Assembly (NCBI RefSeq): GCF_006345805.1
Contig: NC_042998.1
Coordinates: 106,578,001 to 106,642,000, forward strand
Direction: 5' to 3'
From: Octopus sinensis
Lineage: Eukaryota
DNA length: 64,000 bases
Below the pieces are notes generated by a model. It searched no databases. It was not told the DNA's origin and was given only the letters and a program-made list of their open reading frames with translations. Made by a program: the position numbers and the translations under genes. Of the stretch, positions 1 through 12,862 are shown piece by piece. The first letter of the stretch is position 1, and each line of letters starts with the position of its first letter.

Positions 1-74
1 AAAAGATGATAGTTGGACAAAGCATGGTCTGGAGAGTAAGAGGGATGAGGCAAAACTTCAGTATTTAGTAACAT

Positions 75-921
75 AATCTTTTCCTGAGTAAATTGGGCAA
101 CATGAGGTCTTGCTTTATAATGTAAAAGCAATACCTCTTTATGACTAACCAATGATGGGCACTTTTTCTGCAAAATTTTGTGCAATGCTTTCAACTGACA
201 ACTATACTTCTCAGCTTTAACTGTTTCATTTTGGTTTAACACTTCATGGTAGACAACACCCTTCATATTCCCTCAAACACAGAGCATAACTTTTTTATTG
301 TATTTGAGGATGTATTTTCATTTTTCATTATGTTCTAACCATCGTCATTTTCAGTGGACATGATTATAGAGAGCTCACTTTTTATCACTTGTAATGATTC
401 TTCCTAAGAAAGGTTTGGTAGCAAGTCTACTCTTCAATGACAAGCTGGGAAGCAATCAGATGATGAGGGGTCTTCTGACTAAATTTCAAAACTTTTCCAA
501 GTTCATGAAAGTGTTTTGTAATTGAAGTGTGACTTATATTGAACTGCTTTGCTAATTCTTATGCAGAGTTACTTTAGATTTTCCCCAACTGTGGGTTTCA
601 GAAGCTCAATACTGACAGAAGTTGGTCTTACAGATCAAAGGAAATATTCTGAGTAAAACAGGCTAAACAATCATCGACATATCCAGACACTTAAAGCTTA
701 ATTTCCATGGACAGAACAAATATTTTTGTCACTTCCATTTCTGAGGAACCATTTTTCAATTCATATGGCATACAGTGTCCAATAAGCGTCAGATATAAAT
801 TCATTTTAAAAGGGCAAAATTAATGTAGATTTAACCACTATGGTATAAAGTAAGCTGCAAAGAAAGAAAAAACATGAGAATGTTAAAAATAAAATGCAAC
901 AGGACTTTCTTTTCAATCTAA
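75..921 (-). mobile_element. Decayed mariner (DD34D-type) transposon relic
   Basis: Manual minus-strand translation gives PFLGRIITSDKK*ALYNH (cf. IVTGDEKW) and VMLCV*GNMKGVVYHEVLNQNETVKAEKYSCQL...VLLLHYKARPHVAQ. A TIR-like end (ttagattgaaaagaaagtcc on minus) lies next to TA at 922-923. Confidence 0.75.
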
Positions 922-1259
922 TACATTCTCCATCCGTGTTGTAAAGAGCTCTTCCATTCTATGATAATCCAAACTACTGTTTATGTATATGGAAACACAC
1001 ACACATGCAAACATGCATGCACACATACATACATGCACACACACCTGCACACATGCATGCACCAATGCTTGCGCTCATGCATGCATGTATGTATGTGTGT
1101 GTGTGTACACAAACAGGTAAAAGAGAACTCACTTCAAAATGTGTGCTCCATTGAATGCACAACGTTCATGTGCACGCATGACAAAGTGCCAATGTATGGA
1201 TAGAAAAATTAGGCAGAAGAAGAATCAGGTATAATGTGCATGAAAGATGGCTGCTCTGA

Positions 1260-1460
1260 TATGGTCATGTGATCTGTATGGATGAGAACTGCATAAAAAT
1301 AGTGCCAATCGCTAAATGTGGATGGGAATTGTGGAACAGGAAAATCCTGGAAGACATGGGATGAAATAGTGAAGGCTGGTCTCAAGATATTGAACCCCAT
1401 AGAAGGGATGACAAAGGACTAAGATGATGTTGGAGAAGACTGCTGAAAAAGACCAGTCTT
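1260..1460 (+). mobile_element. RTE-clade LINE C-terminal fragment
   Basis: Translates, with a frameshift, as YGHVICMDEN...NVDGNCGTGKSWKTWDEIVK, matching the RTE C-terminal [11 protein letters not shown] motif also seen at 34561. Confidence 0.65.
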
Positions 1461-1499
1461 TCTCAATGAAAGTGATGTCCTAAAAGCATTATGTTTATG

Positions 1500-2440
1500 T
1501 TAATACATTCCCTAGCCCCTGCCCTTGTTCTCAAACTATCCCCACTAGGTCTTCCCCACTGCTCATCTTCTTAATACCCACAACTACTCATCATAGCCAC
1601 CCCTACATTTCTCTGCCATCCATTTCTGGCACTGTACATCTCCCCACTTCTCTCTCCCTTTTGCATGCCCCTTCCACTCTCCTACCTTGCACTTTATCTC
1701 CATGTTCCCAGATCTTCTAACAATGGCACTATTCAGCTGCTACATCATAAGAGAACAGAATATGCTTATGTTTCATCTCCTGTTTGGTTATCAGTTATCC
1801 TATCATGTCCCTGGAATCACTTCCTTTTAAAATCCATCCCTCATTCTCAATATCATCCCTTCTTAATTTCTCCTGATCCCTCCTTTCTGTGCCTCTAGTT
1901 ATCTCTCTTATGTCCTCTGAAATATATATTAGAACTGTCATTACCTTATGCTTAACACTCTCTCTTATCTGCTATCACTCTCATCATTGTCATATTTACC
2001 ATTAACAACATTCCCACAGACTTTTGTCCCTACTCATCATAGCCTCCCCTATGTATCTCTACCATCCATTTCTATTACTGTACATCTCCCACTTCTCTTT
2101 CTCTTGTACATGCCCCCCTCTCCCACCTTGCACATTATCTTCCTATTTTCTTATCTATCAACAGGTTTATATTACTGCTGCCCTCCACCCTTCCTGTACT
2201 TCTACGTATCACCTCCACTTACCTGACTCACTCCTAGTCTTTCACCTTTTCATCCATCTCCAACTATCTATTAATCTCTCAAACTCTAATGTATTTATCC
2301 ATACACCCCTTTCCATTTTTCTGTACAAATTTTCTCTTATACTGGCTTTCCTGTATCTTGAGAGTTTACTCTGACACCTCATCAGTATCATCATTGTTTC
2401 CTTTTCAGCTATTCTCACTTAGAACTGAAAGCCTATCATA
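1500..2440. repeat. Pyrimidine-rich (C/T) low-complexity tract
   Basis: Strong C/T bias on the plus strand over about 0.9 kb, directly after the RTE fragment. Confidence 0.6.
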
Positions 2441-2487
2441 TATGTGTGTGTGTGTTTATATATATATATGTATGTGTATGTATATAT

Positions 2488-3764
2488 CATCATCATCATC
2501 ATCATCATTTAACGTCCGCTTTCCATGCTAGCATGGGTTGGACGGTTCAACTGGGGTCTGGGGAGCCCGAAGGCTGCACCAGGCCAGTCAGATCTGGCAG
2601 TGTTTCTACAGCTGGATGCCCTTCCTAACGCCAACCACTCCGAGAGTGTAGTGGGTGATTTTATGTGCCACCGACACAAGTGCCAGACGAGGCTGGCGAA
2701 CGGCCACGCTCGGATGGTGTTTTTTATGTGTCACCGACACAGGTGCCAGAAGAGGCTGGCAGACGGCCACGCTCGGATGGTGTTTTTTATGTGCCACCGA
2801 CACAGGTGCCAGACGAGGCTGGCAAAGGGCCACAATCGGATGGTGTTTGTTACGTGCCCACAGCACGGAGGCCAGTCGATGCGGTACTGGCTACGGCCAC
2901 GTTCAGATGGTTTTCTTGTGTGCCACTGGCACTGGTACCACAAAGATACAAATTCCATTGATGTTCATCTATTTTGATTTGTTTTGATTTTCACTTGCCT
3001 CAACAGGTCTTCACAAGTGTCACAAGAAGGAAGGTATGCACAGGCGGACTGACTACGTCCCAGGTAGGGGCCACGGGTTATGGCCTGACTAGTCTTGCCG
3101 GGTCTTCGGATGGTGTTTTTATGTGCCACCGACACAGGTGCCAGATGAGGCTGGCGAACAGCCACGATCGGATGGTGTTTGTTACGTGCCCACAGCACGG
3201 AGGCCAGTCGATGCGGTACTGGCTACGGCCACGTTCGGATGGTTTTCTTGTGTGCTACTGGCACTGGTACCACAAAGATACAAATTCCCTTGATGTTCAT
3301 CTATTTTGATTTGTTTTGATTTGATTTGATTTGATTTAATTTTCACTTGCCTCAACAGGTCTTCACAAGTGTCACAAGAAGGAAGGTATGCACAGGTGGA
3401 CTGACTACGTCCCAGGTAGGGGCCACAGGTTATGGCCTGACTAGTCTTGCCGGGTCTTCGGATGGTGTTTTTATGTGCCACCGACACAGATGCCAGATGA
3501 GGCTGGCGAACAGCCACGATCGGATGGTGTTTGTTACGTGCCCACAGCACGGAGGCCAGTCGGTGCAGTACTGGCTACGGCCACGTTCGGATGGATTTCT
3601 TGTGTGCCACCGGCACTGATACCACAAAGATACAAATTACATTGATGTTCATCTATTTTGATTTGTTTTGATTTGACTTGATTTTCACTTGCCTCAACAG
3701 GTCTTCACAAGTGTCACAAGAAGGAAGGTATGCACAGGTGGACTGACTACGTCCCAGGTAGGGG
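2488..3764 (-). mobile_element. RTE LINE 3' end with tandemly repeated 3' UTR (about 335-350 bp units)
   Basis: (CAT)n tail then ttaacgtccgctttccatgctagcatggg; ~60-bp internal modules. Units are joined at gggtcttc|ggatgg (3107/3108, 3459/3460), where minus-strand gaagacccggcaagactag is the ORF end KTRQD*. Confidence 0.85.
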
Positions 3765-3784
3765 ATATATATATATATATATAT

Positions 3785-4015
3785 TGTGTGTGTACGTGTG
3801 TGTCTGTGTGTATCTATGTGTATATGTCTTTGTCCCCCATTAGCACTTGACAACCAGTGTTGATGTGTCTGTGTCCCCATAACTTAGTGGTTCAGCAAAA
3901 GAGACTGATAGAATAAGTACTAGGGTCGAGTCATTTAACTAAAACCTCAAGGAGGTGCCCCAGCATGGCCATGGCCTAGTGACTGAGACAAATAAAAGAT
4001 AGAAAATAAAAGATA
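3785..4015 (+). mobile_element. SINE family A, 3' half
   Basis: cccataacttagtggttcagcaaaagagactgatagaataagtactag...ccagcatggcc, shared with the copies at 14970 and 24735. Confidence 0.75.
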
Positions 4016-4336
4016 ACCTCTCAACACCTGGCATAAAGCCCACCTTCCTTTCTGCTCCAATACCACTCAGCTGAGGGAATATTTTTCTTTCTGTTGTATG
4101 TTAGTTGGCAACCTCACTAGTGTGAATGTCATGAAAAAAAAGCAAGCAGAATATTCTGGAATGCAGTTGGCATAAATAAGAGCATCCAACCATAGAAACC
4201 GTATCAAAGCTGACATTGGAGTTTGAAATTGTCCTATCAAACTATGTTGGATCCTATGAAACAATGCAACCCATTTGATATCCAAGAGGGACATTAAATG
4301 AGGATGATAATGATGTTATATATATATATGTATGTA

Positions 4337-5550
4337 CAGGGGTTGGACAAAATAATGGAGACACCTTAAAATTTCAAGCAAATTTATTTTAATATGGGGT
4401 AGGACAGCCTTTGGCAGTAATTACAGCTTGAATTCTACGAGGTATGGACTTGTACAAAGTTTGAATTGTTTCCAAAGGAAATTTTGTCCATTCTTCAGCT
4501 AAAACAGTCTCCAGTTCTTGTAGTGATGAGGGTGGAGGATATTGACTCCTTACTTGTTTTTCTAAAATGTGCCATAAATGTTCAATAGTGTTGAGATCTG
4601 GGGACTGTGGTGGCCACATAATATGTTCAACTTCAATAGAATGTTCCTTGTGCCATTTAGTAACAACTTTAGCTGTGTGAATTGGTGCATTATCATCCTG
4701 AAAGATTGTGTTTCTCTCCAGAAACAATTCCACAACCATAGGACGAATTTGATCAGATAAAATACTTAAATAGACTTGACTATTAATTCTGCCATAAAGG
4801 AAAACCATTGGGTCAGTGTATTTCTAAGATATACCCCCCACCCAGATCATTATCCATGTTTAACAGTTGGAAAAAGGCTGTCTGGGTCAAATGCTTCTTT
4901 TGGCTGTCTCCACAAGTATACTCAGCTGGTGATCAGAAATAAGGTAAAAGATGACTCGTCTGAGAAAATAACATTCTTCCACTGCTCTAAGGACCCATTC
5001 CGTTGGTTTTTACTCCACTCTCAACACTTTGCAACATTTATTTTTGAAAGTAGTGGTCTTCTGATTGCAGCCCTCCCGTGAAATCTGGCTTTGTGCAGCT
5101 CCCGGCAAACAGTTTCTTTGGAAATTGGGTTCTTGAGGTGGTCATTAAACTCTGCAGTAATTTTGGGAACTGTACTTTTATGATCCTTTCTAACAATTTG
5201 TGTAAGAGTCCAACGGTCCCTATCTGAAAATTTTGTTTTTCTTCCAGAGTTTTGTTTCAACAAGGAGGTTCTTCCCTCTTTCTCAAAGGCTATCATTACT
5301 TTCGAGACAGTACTTCTTGATACACCAAACATTTCGTTTAATGTATTTTAATTACCTTTCATTTAATGAATTTTAATTACCTTTTTCTGATGATATCTGA
5401 AATGAAATAGCAATTTTAGCAAAACATATTAAGCAACATTAATAATAAATCAAAAAACCTAAAAATAAACAAGTTTTTGATGGTTTTATAGATATTTCAA
5501 AATTATGATGCTATGATGGTAGGTGTTTCCATTATTTTGTCCAACCCCTG
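4337..5550 (-). mobile_element. Tc1 (DD34E) transposon, defective, copy 1
   Basis: TIRs caggggttggacaaaataatggaRacacc at both ends, TA on both flanks. ORF pieces 5021-5332 (HTH region) and 4389-4808 (FQDDNAPIH...WPPQSPDLNTIEHLW). Confidence 0.95.
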
Positions 5551-5881
5551 TATATGTATGTATGTATGTATGTATGGATGCATGCATGCATGTATGTATG
5601 TATGTATGAATGAATGTATCTATATGCATGTACGCATGATTTTGTATGTTAGTATCTTCATATCCTGACATCATGTGATAATTGTAAATGAGTATCACTA
5701 TCATATAAGAGATGTCTTTTATTTCCAGTATACCATGAAAATATATTTGGCCATGGAAATATATCACCTTGCATATAAACATGTAAAGGCAACCAGCTAT
5801 AGAAAATTTGCCTCAACAAATTTTGTCCAATCCATACAAACATGGAAAAGTGGACGTTAAAATGGTGATGATATATGTATG

Positions 5882-5915
<34 letters not shown>

Positions 5916-7654
5916 TGTATGTATGTATGTATGTATGTATGTATGAATGTATGTATGAGTGATGACGAGATGAACCAGAAGTATACGGTCAGTGATATCA
6001 ATGGCTGAGGGGCGTTGCTAGAAGGAGAGGAAGAGGGAAATCACATGCACAGGAGCAGGGCTAGCATGGCTCTGTTTCACCTTGAAACGGTTGTAGGGGA
6101 CAGACATGTGTAGCCTATGGAGTAGAGGAAATTTGCTGTTAGGTTCTGGCCAGAGGTTAGACAGGTAAGGTACCAACAGATATAACCCAGCTGGAAAGGA
6201 TCAATGCTATGAGAACTAGAGAGGTAGGTGAAGATACTTAAGGATCAAGAGTTCCATGAAACAGAAATTAAAATGTCCTGAGATATGTATTTATAACCTT
6301 GTCATAAAAATCAATAGAATATTTTTTAAATCCCATAATTGTCATTTTAATTACAGTATATAAATTTTAACTTACAGATATAATTGATTATGATGTGAAT
6401 TGGAAAGTGTGTGTATGTACATATAGAATGTCTACTTACATAAACTTACATACACACATATACAAACACAGCTACTTGTACATAGAAGTACATGCACATG
6501 CACACATGAAATAAAAAAAAATTAAATAAATGCACATACATTCAATTATTTATATGTGTATGTATGTGTAATTTTATGTCCAGATAGTTGTTTGCATCTA
6601 TGAATATGAATGTGTATGTAGGTAGGTAAACAGTTTATCAATATAAAATGTGTTTTATCAATATAGCTACAAAATGAAATACATATATATGTATTTCATT
6701 TTACATCACAACAAACGATATCTGACAGTTTTCAAATTTATGTACTGTAATCACATGACCTTAAAACTATTTTTTTTAAATATTCTATTGATCTCCATGA
6801 CAAGGCTATAAATACATATCCCATATTATTTTAATCTCAGCCAGAAAAGTGTCTTGACATCAAACCCCACACACATACCCAACAGATCAAACTTGACTTA
6901 TTTCATGCCATTCTTCTACATTTAATATCCATGTCTTTGACTTTAAAGACCATTTTATTACAGTAAAGATGGTATACATAATCCTTTGCCCAGTTTTACA
7001 TAACTACCTGATGTTTGGTTGTCTTTTGCAGAATTCCCTCTATTGCAAGCGTTTTGACCTCATCTAAGGGTAACTCCATAACCTGATGCACTACTTCCAG
7101 CTGCATTAACACATGACTTGTAGTTTTCTCCTACTCACTATCACCACCACCACTCCATTAGCCTTGATGGTCTCATAAAAAAGGTAATACAAGTTCTTCT
7201 TTTAACAGTTATAAAAAGTCTATAAAGATCTCTAAAGACAAGACACTGCAGTGGTTTGGCAGTTACTGAGACAGGGTGGCAATAAAAGTAGAAGCAGTGA
7301 CTAAAGAGATTAGTGGGTGTTACAGAGCTATGGTAACCATGGACACCACGATTAGTTGTAAACATGTGTCATTCCAATGGGATGAATGATAGCCATAGCT
7401 GTTGGAGAGCATGGTAGGAGAATAATGCTTTTTAACTAAATTTTCTTATCATAACATCAATAGCAATATCTTCTTTCATTTGATAGGCAGAAAACAAACT
7501 ATGAATAGATTTATGGTTTATAAGAAAATACTAACGTATAGTGATATTCATGCTTTCCTCATGTATAGTAATGTATAACTCTGAAGTTACATATTTGTGC
7601 TGTCATTTTCTTATTTTAAACATTTTGAGAAAGACCTAAATAAAAACATTCATT

Positions 7655-8400
7655 TATCTTTTATCTTTTACTTGTTTCAGTCATTATATTGTGGCCATAC
7701 TGGTGCACCACCTTGAAGAATTTTTAGTTGAATGAATTGACCCCAGTACTTATTTTATCTTTCTATTTTGTTTTGTTTTGTTTTTTTTTAAGCCTGGTAC
7801 TTATTCTACTGGTCTCTTTTGCCGAACTACTAAGTTATTGTGATGTAAACATAACACCAGTTGTCAAGTGGTGGTGAGGTCAAACACAGATACACACACA
7901 TGTACACACATGTACACACACACACACACACACACACATATGCGGGTGCATGGCCTTGTGGTTAAAGTGTTGTACTCATGATCCAGCAATCGTGATTTCA
8001 ATTCCTAGACCTGGTGGTGCATTGTGTTCTTGAGCAAAACACTTCATCTCACATTGCTCTACAATCACTTCGACACTTGATGCATGGCACACTATGCAGC
8101 TGTTCAAGTAACATCAATTTTATGGAGAGAGTGAGCTAATGTGTGGCACAAACATTTAATCACTATAAACAAATCATCTGCACAGGTCATTCAGTAAAAG
8201 CAGGACACTCATGTCGTCTTTGACAGGAGAGGCCATCTTAAATACACAACAGGCTTCTTTTGGTTTCCATCTACCAAATCCACTCACAAGGCTTTGCTTG
8301 GCCCAAGACTGTAGAAGACACTTGCCCAAGGTGCCACGCAGTGGGACTGAACCTGGAACCATGTGGTTAGTAAGCAAGCTTCTTACCACACAGCCATACC
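7655..8400 (-). mobile_element. SINE family A interrupted by another SINE
   Basis: 3' half at about 7655-7930 and tRNA-like head at about 8240-8400 flank an insertion placed in the central (CA)n tract. Confidence 0.75.
7942..8238 (+). mobile_element. tRNA-derived SINE (family C head) nested in SINE A
   Basis: Head ggtgcatggccttgtggttaaagtgttgtactcatgatc...ttgtgttcttgagcaaaacacttc is homologous to the copy at 56728. Confidence 0.7.
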
Positions 8401-8871
8401 TGAACAAATTTTTATAGAATACTCCTAACAGGGTTTTATATAGAAGTCTCAGATTGAAAAAAAAAATATTTAGGAACATCAGGTTTATAAGGAAAAGGAA
8501 ATGTAATTTTCATAACCTTCATGAAATGAAAATGTTACAACCAAGAACACAAACTGAATCATTGTTTTGTTTTTCCAGAAATTTAGTTCTATAATAAAAG
8601 AGATGGCGATTTTCTTTTCTTTCATTGGCTCTCATATATATTCATATGTTCCAAGGTGACCAGAGATTTGTGATGCAGTAAAATAGCAGGTGTGAGATTT
8701 TCATATTTTATCTCAAAGGCATTGAGGATTCAAGTGAAGCGAAATGGTGGCAACTAGGAATCAGAAGCTGTTATTGATGTGGCTATTGAGAACTTCTGTT
8801 CTGCAATGTCAAGTACTGTCATGTCATTAATAAGGAAGTAATTTTCAAATGTTAATATTTAAATCACATAT

Positions 8872-9090
8872 AAGGCAGCAAACTAGCAGAATAATAAGCA
8901 CACCAGGCAAAATACAGAATGATATTTTGTCTGTCATTACATTCTGAGTTCAAATCCCACCAAGGTTAACTCTGCCTTTCCTCATTTTAGGATCAATAAA
9001 ATAAGTACCAGTTGAGCACTGAGGTTGATGTTATTGACATATCCACTGCCTTGAACTTGCTGGCCTTGTGTTAAAATTTGAAACCAATAT
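8872..9090 (+). mobile_element. SINE family D (Meta-domain-like), CpG-decayed
   Basis: Aligns with the 60912 copy (gagttcaaat...gcctttc...taagtaccagtt) with CG replaced by TG or CA. Confidence 0.75.
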
Positions 9091-9334
9091 TTAAATCACA
9101 TATAGTATATGAGGGGTGTGAGGCGATAGGCAATAAAACTGACTCCTGTACTAAACTCAGATATATTTTGTCAGCCCCTGAAATATAAAATCAAAGTCTG
9201 TCTTGGCAGGATTTGAACTCAGAACATAAATGAAGACAATTAATTACTGCAAAGTATGTTATCCAAAATCACAGATTCTGCAAATCTAACATAAAAGATT
9301 CCACTGTAAGCAAGACTAATGACTGCAAGAAACT

Positions 9335-9369
<35 letters not shown>

Positions 9370-9482
9370 ACAAAAGCACATATATACACACATAGAAGTG
9401 CACAAAGACACATGCATATGCATTTGAAGACAAGTATTTATATGAATGTACATCTACTTATGCAACTATATATATCTAGAAG

Positions 9483-9770
9483 CTTCAGGTATGGTTGTGT
9501 GGTTGAAGCCTGCTTTGCAAAAATCTGGTTTTCAGTTTAGTCCTACCACATGTCACTTTGAGTAAATGCACAATTGCTATAGCTCAAGATCAACCAATCT
9601 TGTGAGGAAATATGGTAGGCAGAAACTGAGTGGAAGCCTCTCATGTGTATGCATATCTGTCTGTATATCTTTGTGTTTATGCTTGTCAGCACCACTACTG
9701 CTTCACAATTGTGGTGTTGGCTTGTTTACACCCCCATAAATTAGCAGTTTGGCAAAAGAAACTGATAACA
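9483..9770 (+). mobile_element. SINE family A, degenerate
   Basis: ggttgtgtggttgaag head, ggcagaaactga, and gtttacacccccataaattagcagtttggcaaaag blocks are recognisable. Confidence 0.6.
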
Positions 9771-9771
9771 T

Positions 9772-10365
9772 TTTTTGTTATCTAGATGACACAGTCAATA
9801 GTGGAGAGGGATACTCTGAGAGCATAGCTGCTAGAGTAAGAATAGGTTGGGCGAAGTTCAGAGAGCTTCTACCTTTGTTGGCAATAAAGGGGCCTCTCCC
9901 TCAGTGTGAAACACTAATTCTATGATCTCTAACTATTGAGGGAACCAATGGAAGAGGTAAGACCCATTACAGCATGAAATGAGATGGTGGAGCATGATCT
10001 TTGAATGCAGGGTCTCATGGAGGTAATGACAAGTGAGCATGACCTTTGACAATTTGCTGTGCTTGGGAAGACTCGTCAAGTCAAGTAAAATCGTAGTCAT
10101 GGCCAGTGCCAGTGACACATAACAGCTTTTGTGCTGGTGACATGTAAAAGCACCCATGACGGGGGCATGTAAAAGCACCTGTGCTGGTGACGTGTAAAAG
10201 GTACTCACTACACTCTCAGAGTGGTTTGCACTAGGAAGGGTATCCAGTCATAGAAACCTAGCTAAATTCAGACTGGAAGCTGGTGCAGCTTTCCGGTTTA
10301 CCAGTTCCACTCAAGCTGTCTAACTCATGCCAGCATGGAAAGCAGACACTAAATGATGATGACAA
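9772..10365 (+). mobile_element. RTE LINE relic (post-RT segment plus 3' UTR and tail)
   Basis: FCYLDDTVNSGEGYSESIAARVRIGWAKFRELLPLL at about 9774-9885; 3' UTR motif aggaagggtatccag and tail gcatggaaagcagacactaaatgatgatgac. Confidence 0.8.
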
Positions 10366-10607
10366 TAAGCCTAGACCCCAAAAAATAAGTACTGGCACCA
10401 CTTAGTTCTGCTAAACACTTCAAGGCAGGGCCCCAGCTCTGCTACAGTCCAGTGACTTAAACATGTAAAAGATAAATGTGTGTGTGTAGTGTGCGTGTAT
10501 GTGTGTGGGTGGGTGTGTGTGTGAGAGTTGTTTAGTAATATGTATTTGCATATATATATATATAATGAATCTCTGAGCAAGCTATAAACAGTAGCTGCAC
10601 AACATTG

Positions 10608-10698
10608 TGAAGTATATTGTCACCTAAATATGGCTAGCCCTTAAGGGTTAGCATCAGTCCTTAAGAGTTAGCCACATTTAGGTGGCAAATATACTTCA
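10608..10698. repeat. ~90-bp imperfect hairpin
   Basis: gaagtatattgtcacctaaatatggctagcccttaagg pairs with ccttaagagttagccacatttaggtggcaaatatacttc. Confidence 0.85.
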
Positions 10699-10735
10699 AG
10701 ATATATATATATTATAATATAAACTTACTTTGTAT

Positions 10736-10773
<38 letters not shown>

Positions 10774-12172
10774 TTTTTAAAAGAGTTTATGTATATGTGT
10801 GCGTGTGTGTGTGTTATGTATGCATGCACACACACACACACATGAAGAGAGTGAGGAGGTATCAGCAGCAGAAAAAGGCCCAAGAATTTGGTTTGCTATG
10901 AGACCGGGTAGTGATAAATTCCAGATAAAAATTGCTAGCAAGTTGTATGAAGTGGTATGTAGCTGACTATAAAATTAGAGAGAGGTACTGATGGGGTTGG
11001 AGTAGAGTCAAGAGAAAGAGTGTTAGGAAGAGTAGAGAACGAGAGGATTAATGAATGATAATAAACAAGCGAGAGAATGCAAGAGTGAGAGAGAAAGAAA
11101 GAGAGAGAGAAAATCGGAGCAAGTAGAGAGTGAAAAGCTTGTAGAAAGAGTGCACAGAGGGGAGACAAGCAGACAGAGAAAAAAAACAAAACGACAAAAT
11201 CATAGACAAAGAGAAAAACGATAGATAAATGAGCGAGAGAGAGAGAGAGAAGGAAAGAGAAACAGATCAGAGAGACAGAGAAAAGAAAGAAAGAATAAAT
11301 GAATAGTGAATATTCAAGAAGCGAGGCAGACAGACAGACAGAGAGAAGTAGACAAACAGACTAACGTACAGACAGACAGGCAGGCAGAAATGCAAACAGC
11401 CAGACAAAATAGAGAAAGAAAACATGACAGCTAAACTGACAGAATGACTGACTGATAGAATGACAATGACTGACTGATTGACAGATTGACCAAGCAGCAT
11501 GCACACACACACACACAACACACACACACAACACACACACACAACACACACACACAACACACACACACAACACACACACACAACACACACACACACACAT
11601 GCAAAGGAATAGGGATTTTTAAACTTTACAAGATACTTTATAAGCACTTTGTTAAATCTGAACTTGGTTAACCACATCGGATTACAGGAGACATTTAGAA
11701 TTACTTAGAATAAACAATTAAACTGTGTGCCCTTCAGTTGGCAAATCCAGGTAAATATGAGGAAAATAGTGTTTTTCATCAAATAAGCTTTAAAGGTGTG
11801 TAACTCTCTGTTCTTCATTATTATGTCTATGCATGTGTATATCTATCTATCTATTTTGCATGCATTTTTTCAAGAAAAATGTTAACCATTGTTCGATAAG
11901 CTCATAAAAACCATGACAAGGTTCTGCCCCATTTAGTTAAAAATGATACTAATTCTTAGCATACCAAATGCTTACAATTACATATCAACTAGGAGCATGA
12001 ACCGAAACGTATACATAGGTTTTCTGCATCTGCCATTTCTTCTTGAGCTTTACAACTTATAATTTATTTGTTTTGTCTTTATAAAAAATGTCAACATCTT
12101 TATATCATATAAATAAATTATTCATTCATCCATCTTTTTCCATTTTCTTTCTTTCAATATATATTCAGATAT

Positions 12173-12203
<31 letters not shown>

Positions 12204-12205
12204 TC

Positions 12206-12255
<50 letters not shown>

Positions 12256-12257
<2 letters not shown>

Positions 12258-12785
12258 TCTTCATCATCATCATTTAACGTCCGTTTTCCATGCTAACATG
12301 GGTTGGACGGTTCGACCGGGATCTCGGAAGCCAAGAGGCTGCACCAGGCTCCAGTCTGATCTGGCAGTGTTTCTACAGCTCGAAGCCCTTCCTAACGCCA
12401 ACCACTCCATGAGTGTAGTGGGTGCTTTTTTACGTGCCACCGGCACAGGGGCCAGTGGAAGCTAGCAACGGCCATGATTGGTTGGTGCTTTTTACGTGCC
12501 ATTGGCATGGACACAAGTCAAGACGGTGCTGGCATCAGCTACATTCAGATGGTACTTTTTCTGTGCCACCGGCACGGGTATCAAACTATAATTTCCATTT
12601 GATTTTTATTTTGATGTTGATGTATTTGAGTCAGTAGGTCTCCTCAAGCACAGCAGGTCGCCCTACAATCCAAGCACAGAAGGCTGTCCTGTGAGCCATG
12701 AATTCACTTTATATGTTGGGTCTTCGCAGTCACAACATATCTCCAGAGATCTCGGTCTTTCGTTATTACCTCTGTGAGGCCCAAC
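12256..12785 (-). mobile_element. RTE LINE 3' end including ORF terminus
   Basis: (CAT)n tail and UTR modules; minus translation LGLTEVITKDRDLWRYVVTAKTQHIK*. Confidence 0.85.
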
Positions 12786-12862
12786 GTATATGTACATACT
12801 TACATACGTATATGTACATACTTACATACGTATATGTACATACTTATATTTATACGTATATA

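Noticed and set aside
7005-7135. Minus-strand peptide MQLEVVHQVMELPLDEVKTLAIEGILQKTTKHQ before a GT
   Set aside because: Short, no recognisable homology, weak donor and no acceptor.
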